Notes under the pieces: model-generated | What the model saw: only the letters and a program-made list of their open reading frames with translations | What the model was told of the DNA's origin: nothing | Database searches by the model: none | DNA from: Acetobacteraceae bacterium | GTDB taxonomy: Bacteria > Pseudomonadota > Alphaproteobacteria > Acetobacterales > Acetobacteraceae | Direction: 5' to 3' | Length of the DNA: 64,000 nt | Assembly (NCBI GenBank): GCA_049522565.1 | Contig: JBEKNT010000001.1 | Location: 677-64,676 of the forward strand | Program-made: the position numbers and the translations under genes | In this document: piece by piece, positions 11,360 to 20,392 of the stretch | Numbering within the stretch: the stretch's first letter is position 1 | How the letters are laid out: each line of letters begins with the position of its first letter

Positions 11360-11833
11360 ATGAACGGGGTGCAGATCATGGAACTGCTGGGACGTCAGGA
11401 AGTCTGGAATATCACCTACGATCACGCGATCGGCGAAACCGCGAGCTGGTTCTATACGCGCATCCGCGACGAGGCGGCGATCTATGGGCGGCGCTGCGCC
11501 AAGACCGGCCGTGTGCTGGTGCCGCCGCGGTCGTTCTCGGATGAGACGCTGTTGCCGACCACCGAATGGGTGAAGGTCGGCCCCGGCGGGCGCATCGAGG
11601 CGTTCACCATGGTGTATGAGCGCTTCAACAACCTGCCGGAGCCGCCGTACGCGTTCGGCTATGTCCTGCTGGACGGTGCCGACACTGCGTTGGGCGGCTT
11701 CTTCAAGGGCATCGACCTGACCGATCCGCACGCGGCGGCAGAAAAACTGCAAATCGGGACGCGGGTGACGACGACGTTTGCCGCCGAACGCAAAGGCGAA
11801 ATGCTCGATTTCTGGTTCGAGATCGCCGGGTAG
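11360..11833 (+). CDS. Zn-ribbon/OB-fold protein (DUF35 family), partner of thiolase-like proteins
   Basis: 157-aa ORF, 14 nt after the thiolase-like gene. ...FYTRIRDEAAIYGRRCAKTGRVLVPPRSF...WVKVGPGGRIEAFTMVY... is typical of DUF35 OB-fold proteins. Confidence 0.8.
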   Translation: MNGVQIMELLGRQEVWNITYDHAIGETASWFYTRIRDEAAIYGRRCAKTGRVLVPPRSFSDETLLPTTEWVKVGPGGRIEAFTMVYERFNNLPEPPYAFGYVLLDGADTALGGFFKGIDLTDPHAAAEKLQIGTRVTTTFAAERKGEMLDFWFEIAG

Positions 11834-11835
11834 AA

Positions 11836-13056
11836 TTACGCCGGCACGAGCGGGCAGCCGAGCAATGCCGGTGGCGGAAAGGCCTCCGGGCTCGGAATGG
11901 TGGCGAGCCGATCGAACAGGTCCCACTTCTGCTTGCTCTGGGACGGCGTCTTTACCTGCCACAAATACATTGTGTGCGGCACGCAGCCGTTTGCCTGGAT
12001 CCGCACGTTCTTGTTGTAGAAGTCGTTCAGCGGCGTTGCGTGCATCTTTGCCGCCACGGCGTCGGCGTCCAGGGTATTCGCCGCCTTCACCGCCTTCAGC
12101 CAGTGCAGCACGCCGGCATAGCAGCCGGCGTTATATTCGTTTGGCGGCGCCTGCATCTTCGCCGCATAGCGCTCGGTCCAGGCTCGGGTTTCCGGCGACA
12201 GGTCCCAATAGAATGAGTTGGTCAGCACCAGGCCCTGGCAGACGTCCTGGCCCAGCGACAGCACGTCCCCGACGATCATCAGCAGGGTGGCCAGGCGTTG
12301 ACTGCTCTTGGCGATGCCGAACTCCGCAGCCTGCTTGATGCAGTTCTGTAGATCGGTGCCGGCGTTGGCCAGTCCGATGACCTTCGCACCCGATGCCTTC
12401 GCCTGCACCAGATAGCTGGAGAAGTCCGCGGTGCCGAGCGGCGCGCGTGTGCTGCCCAGCACCTTGCCGCCGGCGGCCTTCACGAACTCCTCGGTATTGG
12501 CTTGCAGCGAAGCGCCGAACTCATAGTCGGCGGTGATGAAGAACCAGGTGTCGCCGCCGGCCCTGGACAAGGCGCCGCCGACGCCTTTGGCCAGCGCGTA
12601 GGTATCCGCGGCGAACTGGAAGCCATACGGCGAGCATTGCTTGCCGATGAAGACCGTTGCGGTCGGCGTGCTCATCAGGAAGATGCGCTTCTTGTCCCGG
12701 GCAACCTGCTGGATGGCGAGCCCGGCCGAGGTGGCCGCGCCATCGGCCAGCACATCCACCCCCTTGTCGTCGATCCATTCACGCGCCAGGGCGCCCGCGA
12801 CATCCGCCTTGTTCTGATCGTCGCCCTGCATCACCTCGATCGGCCGGCCGAGCACTGAGCCGCCGAAATCTGCCACCGCCATCTCGGCGGTCACCCGGCT
12901 ACCGGGGCCACCGACATTTCGATAGGGTCCCCCGACGTCGCTGAGCAATCCGATCTTTACCGAGACGGATGAACTCTGAGCGCGCAGCAAGCCGGGACGT
13001 GCAAGCGGCGCGGCGGCGAGCGCGCCGAGTGCGGCGCGGCGTGTGATCCTGGTCAT
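11836..13056 (-). CDS. ABC-transporter periplasmic substrate-binding protein (LivK/branched-chain amino-acid-binding type), orphan in this cluster
   Basis: 406-aa ORF. Signal MTRITRRAALGALAAAPLARPGLLRAQS, periplasmic binding protein type I features (KIGLLSDVGGPY..., ADYEFG). No permease or ATPase gene lies adjacent. Confidence 0.88.
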   Translation of the reverse strand: MTRITRRAALGALAAAPLARPGLLRAQSSSVSVKIGLLSDVGGPYRNVGGPGSRVTAEMAVADFGGSVLGRPIEVMQGDDQNKADVAGALAREWIDDKGVDVLADGAATSAGLAIQQVARDKKRIFLMSTPTATVFIGKQCSPYGFQFAADTYALAKGVGGALSRAGGDTWFFITADYEFGASLQANTEEFVKAAGGKVLGSTRAPLGTADFSSYLVQAKASGAKVIGLANAGTDLQNCIKQAAEFGIAKSSQRLATLLMIVGDVLSLGQDVCQGLVLTNSFYWDLSPETRAWTERYAAKMQAPPNEYNAGCYAGVLHWLKAVKAANTLDADAVAAKMHATPLNDFYNKNVRIQANGCVPHTMYLWQVKTPSQSKQKWDLFDRLATIPSPEAFPPPALLGCPLVPA

Positions 13057-13079
13057 GTCTCCCCCTTGATGCGATCCGG

Positions 13080-14114
13080 TCAGACCGTGATGCGGTAGAA
13101 TCGCGCCGCCGTGTCATGGAACAACGCGCGGCGCTCGTCGGCAGAGGCACCGGCGGCCAGGCGTTTGAACGCATTCCACAGCACCGGATAGCTGCACATC
13201 GCCTTGTCCACCGGGAAGTTGCTCTCGAACATGCAGCGGTCGGCGCCGAACGCCTCGATGCAGGCGTGCATCCAAGGCTGCCAGGCCGACGCGAGTTCCC
13301 CGGACGATGGCGGCAGCACCTGGTGGTGAAAATCGAACCCGTTGACTGCCATGGCGAGACCGCCGAGCTTGACGTGGACATTCGGGCATGTGGCGAGCCA
13401 TCGCATGCTGTCATGCCACGCGGCAAAGACTTCGTGGCGCGTGCCGCGATACGGGCCGACGCCGAGCGGACCGCCGACATGATTGATGACGATCGGTGTT
13501 GCAGGATAGGCGCGCGCCAGGTCCAGCAGTTCGCCAAGCTGTGTGTGATACAGCCACGCATCGAAACTCAGGCCGTATTTCCCAAGGCGGGCGAACCCGG
13601 CCCGAAACGCCGGATCGCCCATCAAGCCCAGCGGCGGCGGCGTCGAAATGCTGGCCAGGAAGTCGGGGTGGCGCGCGGTCACCTGGCGGATGCCGCGAAA
13701 GCGACCGCCGGCCGCAGCGACATGCGCCTCGAGCACCGCGTCGACCTGCGCGCCGGCACGGAAATCGACATGCCCGACGATAGCGGCGCAGACCCGCGTG
13801 CGAGTCGCGCGTCGTTCGGCCTCCGCGGCGACCGACGCGACGAACTCCGTCTCGCCAACCGGACGCATCTCCTCCGGTCCGTCGGGGCGATAGGCCCAGA
13901 AGCATTGCAGGAACACCGTCGCGACGATGTTGTGGCCGGCGTTCAGATCGGTCAGCAGCTCGTCCAGGTAGTACTTGCTGCCCGGGCGGTCCCACAGGTG
14001 ATGGTGCGGATCGACGATCGGCAGGTCGGGATGCAGAATGTCCTCGTGCAACTTCGCAAGCCACGCCGGATTTGGATTCGGATGCTCCACGACGGATGGC
14101 TGCATTGGCGGCAT
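13080..14114 (-). CDS. Amidohydrolase-2 family metal-dependent hydrolase/decarboxylase
   Basis: PIVDPHHHLWDRPG motif. I place the start at ATG 14114 (GAGGAG 9 nt upstream), 13 nt after the TauD stop at 14128-14130. The track start 14189 would overlap TauD. Confidence 0.82.
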   Translation of the reverse strand: MPPMQPSVVEHPNPNPAWLAKLHEDILHPDLPIVDPHHHLWDRPGSKYYLDELLTDLNAGHNIVATVFLQCFWAYRPDGPEEMRPVGETEFVASVAAEAERRATRTRVCAAIVGHVDFRAGAQVDAVLEAHVAAAGGRFRGIRQVTARHPDFLASISTPPPLGLMGDPAFRAGFARLGKYGLSFDAWLYHTQLGELLDLARAYPATPIVINHVGGPLGVGPYRGTRHEVFAAWHDSMRWLATCPNVHVKLGGLAMAVNGFDFHHQVLPPSSGELASAWQPWMHACIEAFGADRCMFESNFPVDKAMCSYPVLWNAFKRLAAGASADERRALFHDTAARFYRITV

Positions 14115-14127
14115 GACCTGTGGCTCC

Positions 14128-15024
14128 TCAGGCGGCCAGAACGGGCTGCGTTCCGACGATGGTGGTGCGGTGCATGACCCGCCGCTCACGCGGGTCGTGC
14201 GGTGTTACCTGGTGCATCGTGCAGCGGTTGTCCCACATCACGACATCGTCCGGTTGCCAGTGATGGCGATAGACGAAGCGGGGCTGCGCGGCGAAGGCGG
14301 TCAGCGCGTCGATGAGACTCTTGCCGTCTTGCGCGCTCATGCCCTCGATCTCGTCGTTGTAGATCGGGCTGATGTACAGCGACTCCCGGCCGGTCACCGG
14401 ATGCCGGCGCACCATCGGCTGCCAGACCGGCGGCATGGCGGCCTTTTCTTCCTCGGTCAGCGGCTTCAGCGAGGCCAGCGTGTGCAGATGGCCGAAATTG
14501 TGCCGCGCCTTGCGTCCCTGCACCTGGCGCTTGAGCGAGTCCGGCAGGGCCTCGTAAACGGCGTACATATTGGTGAACTGCGTTTCGCCGCCGGTGCGGC
14601 TGACTTCCACGCCGTGCAGCAGCGCACCGGTGCACGGGATGGCGCGGTAGCTGCTGTCGGTGTGCCAGAACTGCGCCAGCGCGACCTGCTGCACCGTCGG
14701 GTGCTCCGGCGGCATCAGATTGCCGTCGTCGTCCACGTTGGAGACGCGGAATATCTCCGGCACGCGGCTGGAGCGGATGATCTTCTGATGAAACAGCTCC
14801 GGCTCGCCGAAGCTTCGCGTGAACGCCACATGCTCCGCGTCGGTGATGTGCTGCGCGGGGAACACCAGCACCAGATGCTGCATCCAGGCGTCATGCACGG
14901 CCTTGAAGCTGTCCGGACCCAGCGGCGCACGCATGTCGACGCCGCGCACCTCCGCGCCAAGCGCGGGATGCAGCGGGCGAACCGTCAGCCGGTCCGCAAC
15001 GGTTTTTCCCCCCGAGGATGCCAT
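14128..15024 (-). CDS. TauD/TfdA family Fe(II)/2-oxoglutarate-dependent dioxygenase
   Basis: 298-aa ORF. LTVRPLHPALGAEVRGVDM, FWHTDSSY (HxD), RRVMHRTTI. Confidence 0.9.
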   Translation of the reverse strand: MASSGGKTVADRLTVRPLHPALGAEVRGVDMRAPLGPDSFKAVHDAWMQHLVLVFPAQHITDAEHVAFTRSFGEPELFHQKIIRSSRVPEIFRVSNVDDDGNLMPPEHPTVQQVALAQFWHTDSSYRAIPCTGALLHGVEVSRTGGETQFTNMYAVYEALPDSLKRQVQGRKARHNFGHLHTLASLKPLTEEEKAAMPPVWQPMVRRHPVTGRESLYISPIYNDEIEGMSAQDGKSLIDALTAFAAQPRFVYRHHWQPDDVVMWDNRCTMHQVTPHDPRERRVMHRTTIVGTQPVLAA

Positions 15025-15058
15025 GGCCGGTCCCTTCTTGCGGATAGAAGCTGCGGTG

Positions 15059-16015
15059 CTAGCCGGGGTGTTCGGCGAACTCGAACCCCATTGCCCGCGT
15101 GTGATAGTAGATGCCGCCGTCCTGCACGATCAGGAAAAGCGCCTGCGCATTGCCGCCATTGTGGTGCGAGTGCACGGACACCGGCGGGGTGATCGTCGTG
15201 GCCCAGGGCGCCCAGTCCTTGCGTTTGCCGTCGATCACCGAAAAGCAGCGATCGCCCTCGATGATCAGCGACACCGCGACCGAATTATGCCGGTGCGGTC
15301 GTTGCACGACCCCGCCCGGCAGAGAGTTCATCGCCACCGTCAGGGTCGGCAGGATATTGCGCGTCGCCTCCTGGCGTTCCGCGGAAAAGATCAATGCCGA
15401 TCCGGCGATTTCCTCGTTGCGGCCGACCTCATAGAGTTGCGCGATCTGCCGCGCGATCTCCGCCGCCCGATAGTGCACGAGTTCGGTCGGCGCGCGTCCT
15501 TGCGCCGGCGCGCGCAGATTTTCGAACGCAAGCTGCGGCTCGTTGGTGACCAGCCACAGCACGGCGTCCCCATCGCCGGCCACATAGGTCGCCGGCTCCC
15601 CGCCGGGCAGGATGAACAGATCGCCCGCACCCCATGCGATGTCCTCGCCGGCGCACTGTGTCGTGCCGCGGCCCTGGATCACATAGGCCATCACCCCGCT
15701 GGCGACAAAATCGGTCGTCAGGCTTTCGCCGGCACGGATCCTGGCATAGCGCGCCAGCACCAGCGGCGTCGTCGCCGGGAACCCGCACGCCAACTCCGCC
15801 GAAATGTCGCAGGAGATGAGTCCGGTCGGCGTCGCCGGGTCGAGCGCCCTGGCCGGCTCCGCGGCGAAGATCCGATCCGGCACCGGCGGCAACTGTATGT
15901 TGAATGCGTTGCCGGTGTTGAAGAACCTGCCGCGCGCCTCTGCCCGGCTGGTTGGCGCCGAGGGACGTTGCGCGGGCATTTCCGCAATGCTGCGTGGCCG
16001 CAGGTCATCGGGCAT
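15059..16015 (-). CDS. Bicupin protein (gentisate-dioxygenase-like cupin fold; substrate unknown)
   Basis: Two cupin-like halves (GVMAYVIQGRGTT...GDLFILPGG; QRPHRHNSVAVSLIIEGD...VSVHSHHN). I place the start at ATG 16015, preceded by GGGAGGGAG 6 nt upstream. The track start 16138 runs through the palindrome. Confidence 0.72.
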   Translation of the reverse strand: MPDDLRPRSIAEMPAQRPSAPTSRAEARGRFFNTGNAFNIQLPPVPDRIFAAEPARALDPATPTGLISCDISAELACGFPATTPLVLARYARIRAGESLTTDFVASGVMAYVIQGRGTTQCAGEDIAWGAGDLFILPGGEPATYVAGDGDAVLWLVTNEPQLAFENLRAPAQGRAPTELVHYRAAEIARQIAQLYEVGRNEEIAGSALIFSAERQEATRNILPTLTVAMNSLPGGVVQRPHRHNSVAVSLIIEGDRCFSVIDGKRKDWAPWATTITPPVSVHSHHNGGNAQALFLIVQDGGIYYHTRAMGFEFAEHPG

Positions 16016-16095
16016 TGGGCACTCCCTCCCGGGTGCCTGGTCCCCGGCACCCGCCCGGGGAGGATCGGCGCCCAGGGGATCGCTGTCAAGACAAT

Positions 16096-16111
16096 CCGAA
16101 TAATATTCGGA
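16096..16111. promoter_or_regulatory. Candidate operator: palindrome CCGAATAATATTCGG upstream of the bicupin-TauD-amidohydrolase-SBP operon
   Basis: 7+1+7 perfect inverted repeat at 16096-16110. It shares the 15-nt core CGAATAATATTCGGA with 5348-5362 and lies between the SDR stop (16151) and the bicupin start (16015). Confidence 0.5.
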
Positions 16112-16150
16112 TAATCGGTAGCCCGGTGCCTGCCGCATCCCGGCCCGGGC

Positions 16151-17056
16151 TCAGACCGGATCCCAGGGAAACGCCTGCTCGGAGGTATCGAGCGGCATGA
16201 AGGCCGCCCGCAACGCCGGCGCCGCGTGTTCGGCGATCGTCTCCGGCGTCCAGCCCTCGGCACGGTGCACGATGCGGATCGGACGCGGCGAACTGAACAG
16301 GTAGATCTCGTTCATGCGCGTGCCGAACACCTGGCCGGTGACGTCTTTCGCGGCATCCGAGGCAAGAAACACGGCCAGCGGCGCATTCTTGTCCGGCGTC
16401 ATGCGCTGTAGCTTCTCCACCGCCGCCTGTTGCTCCGGCGTGGCGGCCGGAATGGAACTGGTCATGCGGCTCCATGCCCAGGGCGACAGACAGTTCGAGC
16501 GGACGTTGTAGCGCTGCATGTCGAGCGCGATCGATTTCGACAGCGCCGTGATGCCGAGCTTGGCTGCCGCGTAATTCGCCTGGCCCACATTGCCGATCAG
16601 CCCGGACGTGCTGGTGATGTGGACGAAAGCCCCGCTCTCCTGCTTGCGGAAATGCTCGGCTGCGGCGCGGCTGACGAAGAAGCTGCCGTTCAGGTGCACG
16701 GCAATCACGGCCAGCCAGTCATCCGCGCTCATCCGATGGAAGATGCCGTCGCGCAGGATCCCCGCATTGTTCACCACCGCGTCGATACGCCCGAAATGAT
16801 CGAGCGCCGCCTGGATGATCCGTTGCGCGGACCCCCATTCGGCAACGGACTCCGTGCTGATTTCCGCGGCACCACCGCCCTGCCGGATGATGTCCCTGGT
16901 CTGCTGCGCCGGCGTCACCGAACCGCCGCCACCGGTCAGGGAGGCGCCGATATCGGCGACGATCACCTTGGCCCCGGCCGCCGCCATCATGATCGCAATC
17001 TCCCGGCCGATGCCACCGCCGGCGCCGGTGACCACGACAACCTTGCCTTCCATCAT
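16151..17056 (-). CDS. SDR family NAD(P)-dependent oxidoreductase
   Basis: MMEGKVVVVTGAGGGIGREIA (TGxxxGxG), NNAGI, YAAAKLGITALSKS (YxxxK). I place the start at ATG 17056 or 17053. The track start 17143 adds 29 non-conserved-looking residues. Confidence 0.85.
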   Translation of the reverse strand: MMEGKVVVVTGAGGGIGREIAIMMAAAGAKVIVADIGASLTGGGGSVTPAQQTRDIIRQGGGAAEISTESVAEWGSAQRIIQAALDHFGRIDAVVNNAGILRDGIFHRMSADDWLAVIAVHLNGSFFVSRAAAEHFRKQESGAFVHITSTSGLIGNVGQANYAAAKLGITALSKSIALDMQRYNVRSNCLSPWAWSRMTSSIPAATPEQQAAVEKLQRMTPDKNAPLAVFLASDAAKDVTGQVFGTRMNEIYLFSSPRPIRIVHRAEGWTPETIAEHAAPALRAAFMPLDTSEQAFPWDPV

Positions 17057-17193
17057 GCCTGCCACGCGCACATCTCCCCACATCCAGGTCGCGGGGTCAG
17101 ATTGACAGGCGATACCGGCTCTCGCAACGTCAGTCCTGAACAAAATTCGGGTTTTGCGCCTGGACCGACCAAGGGAGGGACGGGATTCCGACC

Positions 17194-18816
17194 ATGTTGG
17201 GACTCAACCTCGACTATCCGCTGCTGCTGTCCACGGTGATCGAGCATGCCGCCACGACGTTCGCCGCGACGCCGATCGTGTCGTGCAGCCGTGGCGAAAC
17301 AGTGCGCAGCGATTATCGCACCGCCGCCGCGCGTGCCCGGCGGCTTGCGTCGTCGTTGCAACGTGTCGGGCTGGAGACCGGCGGGTTCGTCGGTTCGCTG
17401 GCCTGGAACACGCACCGGCATTTTGAACTATTCTATGGTGTCAGCGGGATCGGCGGCGTTTTGCATACCGCCAATCCTCGTCTGCCGCTGGAGCAAATCC
17501 TCTATACGATCAACTTTACCGGCTACCGCACGCTGTTCATCGACGCCGATACGGTCGCGCTGGCAGAGCAATTGGCGCCGCGCCTGGAAGCGGTGGACCG
17601 GTTCATCGTGATGGCCGCGCGGCCGGACATGCCGGCGACCGACCTGCCGAACGTGCAGTGCTACGAGGACCTGATCGACGCTGGTGACGAGACGTTCGTG
17701 TGGCCCGCGCTGGACGAACGTGCCGCCTGCGCGCTTTGCTTTACCTCCGGCACGACAGGCCAGCCGAAGGGCGCACTCTACTCCCATCGCGGGACCGTGC
17801 TCTCGGCAATGTCTACCGGCGGTGGCAACGGATGGGCGCTGTCGGCCAACGACTGCATCCTTGCCATTCCCGGCTTCTTCCACTGCAACGGCTGGGCGGT
17901 GCCGTTCCTCGGGCCGATGTACGGCGCGAAGCTCGTCATGCCCGGCCGCCGCGCCGATAGCGCCTGGCTCCACAGCCTGATCGTGCAGGAGGATGTCACG
18001 GTCGCTGCCGCCGTGCCGACGATCTGGTTGGGCATGCTGGATTATTGTCGGGCGACCGGCCAGGCACTTGGCCGGCTCAATCGCATATTCTCCGGTGGTA
18101 CTGCTCCTCCGGCGAGCATGATCGAGACGTATCTGCGTGATTACCGCGTTCGCACGTCGCATGGCTGGGGCATGACCGAGACGACGCATGGTGCGACCAT
18201 CTCCTGCGCACCGCATGACCAGCCCGTTGATGCCGCGGTGGCAGCGATGCGGACCCAGGGCAAGCCGCTGTACGGCAACGAGATCCGCATTGTTGACGAG
18301 ACCGGAAAACCGCTGCCGCGCGATGGCGCGACGCCAGGACATCTGCAATGCCGGGGGCATTGGATCGCCGGCGCCTATTTTCGCCGGCCCGATCTGACGC
18401 TGCGGACCGCGGATGGCTGGATGCCGACCGGCGATGTCGCGGTGATCGATCCCGACAACACACTGCATATCGTCGATCGCGCCAAGGATGTCATCAAGTC
18501 AGGCGGCGAATGGATCAGCTCCCAGGCCCTGGAGGAAGCTGCGATGCGGCATCCGGCGGTGCAAGAGGCTGCGGTGATCGCCATCTCGCATCCACGCTGG
18601 CAGGAGCGGCCGTTGCTGATCGTAGTGATGCAGCCGGACGCCGAAGGCTCTGCCGGGGAATTGCGCGCGCACTTGCTTGGATGCGTGCCGAAATGGTGGC
18701 TGCCGGAGTCGATTGCGTTCGTAGAGGACTTGCCGCACGGCCCGACCGGGAAGTTGCAGAAGGAGGAACTCCGTCGTCGGGTTGCCGATGGAACGATTGC
18801 CCCGGTGCCATTCTGA
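17194..18816 (+). CDS. Fatty-acid/acyl-CoA ligase (AMP-binding family)
   Basis: 540-aa ORF. CFTSGTTGQPKGALYSHRG, WGMTET, WMPTGDVAVID, IKSGGEWISSQALE, PTGKLQKEELRRR. Confidence 0.9.
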   Translation: MLGLNLDYPLLLSTVIEHAATTFAATPIVSCSRGETVRSDYRTAAARARRLASSLQRVGLETGGFVGSLAWNTHRHFELFYGVSGIGGVLHTANPRLPLEQILYTINFTGYRTLFIDADTVALAEQLAPRLEAVDRFIVMAARPDMPATDLPNVQCYEDLIDAGDETFVWPALDERAACALCFTSGTTGQPKGALYSHRGTVLSAMSTGGGNGWALSANDCILAIPGFFHCNGWAVPFLGPMYGAKLVMPGRRADSAWLHSLIVQEDVTVAAAVPTIWLGMLDYCRATGQALGRLNRIFSGGTAPPASMIETYLRDYRVRTSHGWGMTETTHGATISCAPHDQPVDAAVAAMRTQGKPLYGNEIRIVDETGKPLPRDGATPGHLQCRGHWIAGAYFRRPDLTLRTADGWMPTGDVAVIDPDNTLHIVDRAKDVIKSGGEWISSQALEEAAMRHPAVQEAAVIAISHPRWQERPLLIVVMQPDAEGSAGELRAHLLGCVPKWWLPESIAFVEDLPHGPTGKLQKEELRRRVADGTIAPVPF

Positions 18817-18907
18817 TGCGGAACCGGACCGAAAATCCCGGGCCGTTACACTAGTGTTGTGATCCTGACGTTTCGATCCCGGGGGACTGGCCACGAGCGC
18901 CGCAGCC

Positions 18908-19020
18908 CGTCATGCCGACCACCGGGTCAAGCGCCCGGCGGCAGGCTCCGGTCGGCATCCACGACTTTCCCCCGCGCGGGCGGCACAGCCGTGAATGGCG
19001 GGCCTTCGCCCGCCATGACG
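18908..19020. repeat. Intergenic palindromic repeat, family A (CGTCATGCC...GGGTCAAGCGCC...GGCAGGCTCCGGTCGGCATCCACGACTTTCC + ...ATGGCGGGCCTTCGCCCGCCATGACG)
   Basis: Left module is near-identical to the reverse complement of 63368-63428 and 28676-28740. Right module is near-identical to 23770-23797. Confidence 0.75.
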
Positions 19021-19228
19021 ATCGTGGCGGTCGGTGGGATCGATCCGTCAGCATCAGAACACCAGGTGCGTCCCGGCGAACCCATGGCGTCCTGCCTCGT
19101 CCAAGCCCGGAAGGGCCTGGGCACTTCCGACAGTTCCTTTCCGAATCCGCGTGCGGTAGGATCGTTTACCGCACGACGCGTCAAAGCGGGGCGGCGTGTG
19201 CGCGCCACCTCCTGTTGCCATCGGGCGA

Positions 19229-20365
19229 ATGGAGCGGGATGTGGGCAAACTGGTATCCGCCGCGATGATCGTGAAGAATGAAGAGCGCTTCCTCGCCGGC
19301 TGCCTGGACAGCCTCGCCGGCCTGATTGACGAGATCGTCGTCGTCGATACCGGATCCACCGATCGCAGCCGCGAGATCGCCGCCGCGCATGGCGCGCGCG
19401 TCCACCACCACGCATGGCGCGAGGATTTCTCGGCGGCGCGCAATGAGGCGCTGGACCAAGCCGTCGGCGACTGGATTCTTTATATCGATGCCGACGAACG
19501 GGTGCGTCCCTATGACCGCGCCCGGCTGGAACAGGACCTCGCCGATCCCGCCCTGTGCGCCATCACGGTACGCTTCCATCCGCGCACCGGCTACACCGCC
19601 TATCCCGAGTACCGGCTGTTCCGGCGCGATCCGCGCATCCGTTTCCGTGGCGCGATCCACGAGACAATGCTGCCCGATATCCACCGGATGGTTGCGACCG
19701 GGGAAGGACGCTGCGGATCGAGCAGGCTGACCATCGATCATCTCGGCTACGATGGCGATCAGTCGCACAAGCTGCCGCGGAACCTGGCATTGCTGGAGAA
19801 GGAGGTGCGCGTCAATCCCGAGCGGATGTATCTCTGGTGGCACCTTGGCACCGTCTATCGCGATCTCGGCCGGATCGAGGAGGCCGAAACCGCCTGGCAA
19901 ACCGGCGTCGCGATCGCCCGGCGCGCGCAACCGTGCCCGCCCGAAGCGTCGCTGTGTTTCGTCGAACTCATCCGGCGGCGTCTCGACGTCGGGCAGGACG
20001 CGCTGCCCCTGCTGCACGAGGCGATCGCCTTGCAGCCGGAAGACCCGTTCCTGCACTGGCTCATGACGCAGGCGCTGATGGCGGTCGGGCGGTATGAGGA
20101 TGCCGTGGCGGTTTTCGAACGCCTCGCCGCCATCGATCCGGAGACATTGGTGACGTATTTCGCCTACGACCGACGGGTTCTCGGTGCAGGCGCGCTGGCG
20201 GAAGCCGGCCAGTGCGCCTTCCGCATGGGCCGTTGGCGGGAGAGCGAGGCGTTCTTCCGCCGCGCCGAGTGGCGCTGCCCGGACAACCTCGAATTCCGCG
20301 TCAAACGTCAACTCGCCGCCGCGCGCGCCGCCGCCGCCGCCGCGTCGGAGGGCGCGCCGGCTTGA
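19229..20365 (+). CDS. Family 2 glycosyltransferase with C-terminal TPR-like repeats
   Basis: SAAMIVKNEERFLAGCLDSLAGLIDEIVVVDTGSTDRS...ILYIDADERV (GT2 DxD). The C-terminal half has TPR-like helices (LGTVYRDLGRIEEAETAWQTG...). Start is uncertain: ATG 19229, GTG 19241 with GGAG 6 nt upstream, or track 19196. Confidence 0.8.
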   Translation: MERDVGKLVSAAMIVKNEERFLAGCLDSLAGLIDEIVVVDTGSTDRSREIAAAHGARVHHHAWREDFSAARNEALDQAVGDWILYIDADERVRPYDRARLEQDLADPALCAITVRFHPRTGYTAYPEYRLFRRDPRIRFRGAIHETMLPDIHRMVATGEGRCGSSRLTIDHLGYDGDQSHKLPRNLALLEKEVRVNPERMYLWWHLGTVYRDLGRIEEAETAWQTGVAIARRAQPCPPEASLCFVELIRRRLDVGQDALPLLHEAIALQPEDPFLHWLMTQALMAVGRYEDAVAVFERLAAIDPETLVTYFAYDRRVLGAGALAEAGQCAFRMGRWRESEAFFRRAEWRCPDNLEFRVKRQLAAARAAAAAASEGAPA

Positions 20366-20392
20366 GCATGGTGAGCATGGCGGCTGCGCGGG

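Noticed and set aside
8038-11360. Minus-strand ORFs 8038-9570 (510 aa) and 10068-11360 (430 aa)
   Set aside because: They are antisense to the ADH and thiolase-like genes, have low-complexity Arg/Ala/Ser/Pro or Arg/His/Gly composition, and show no family features.
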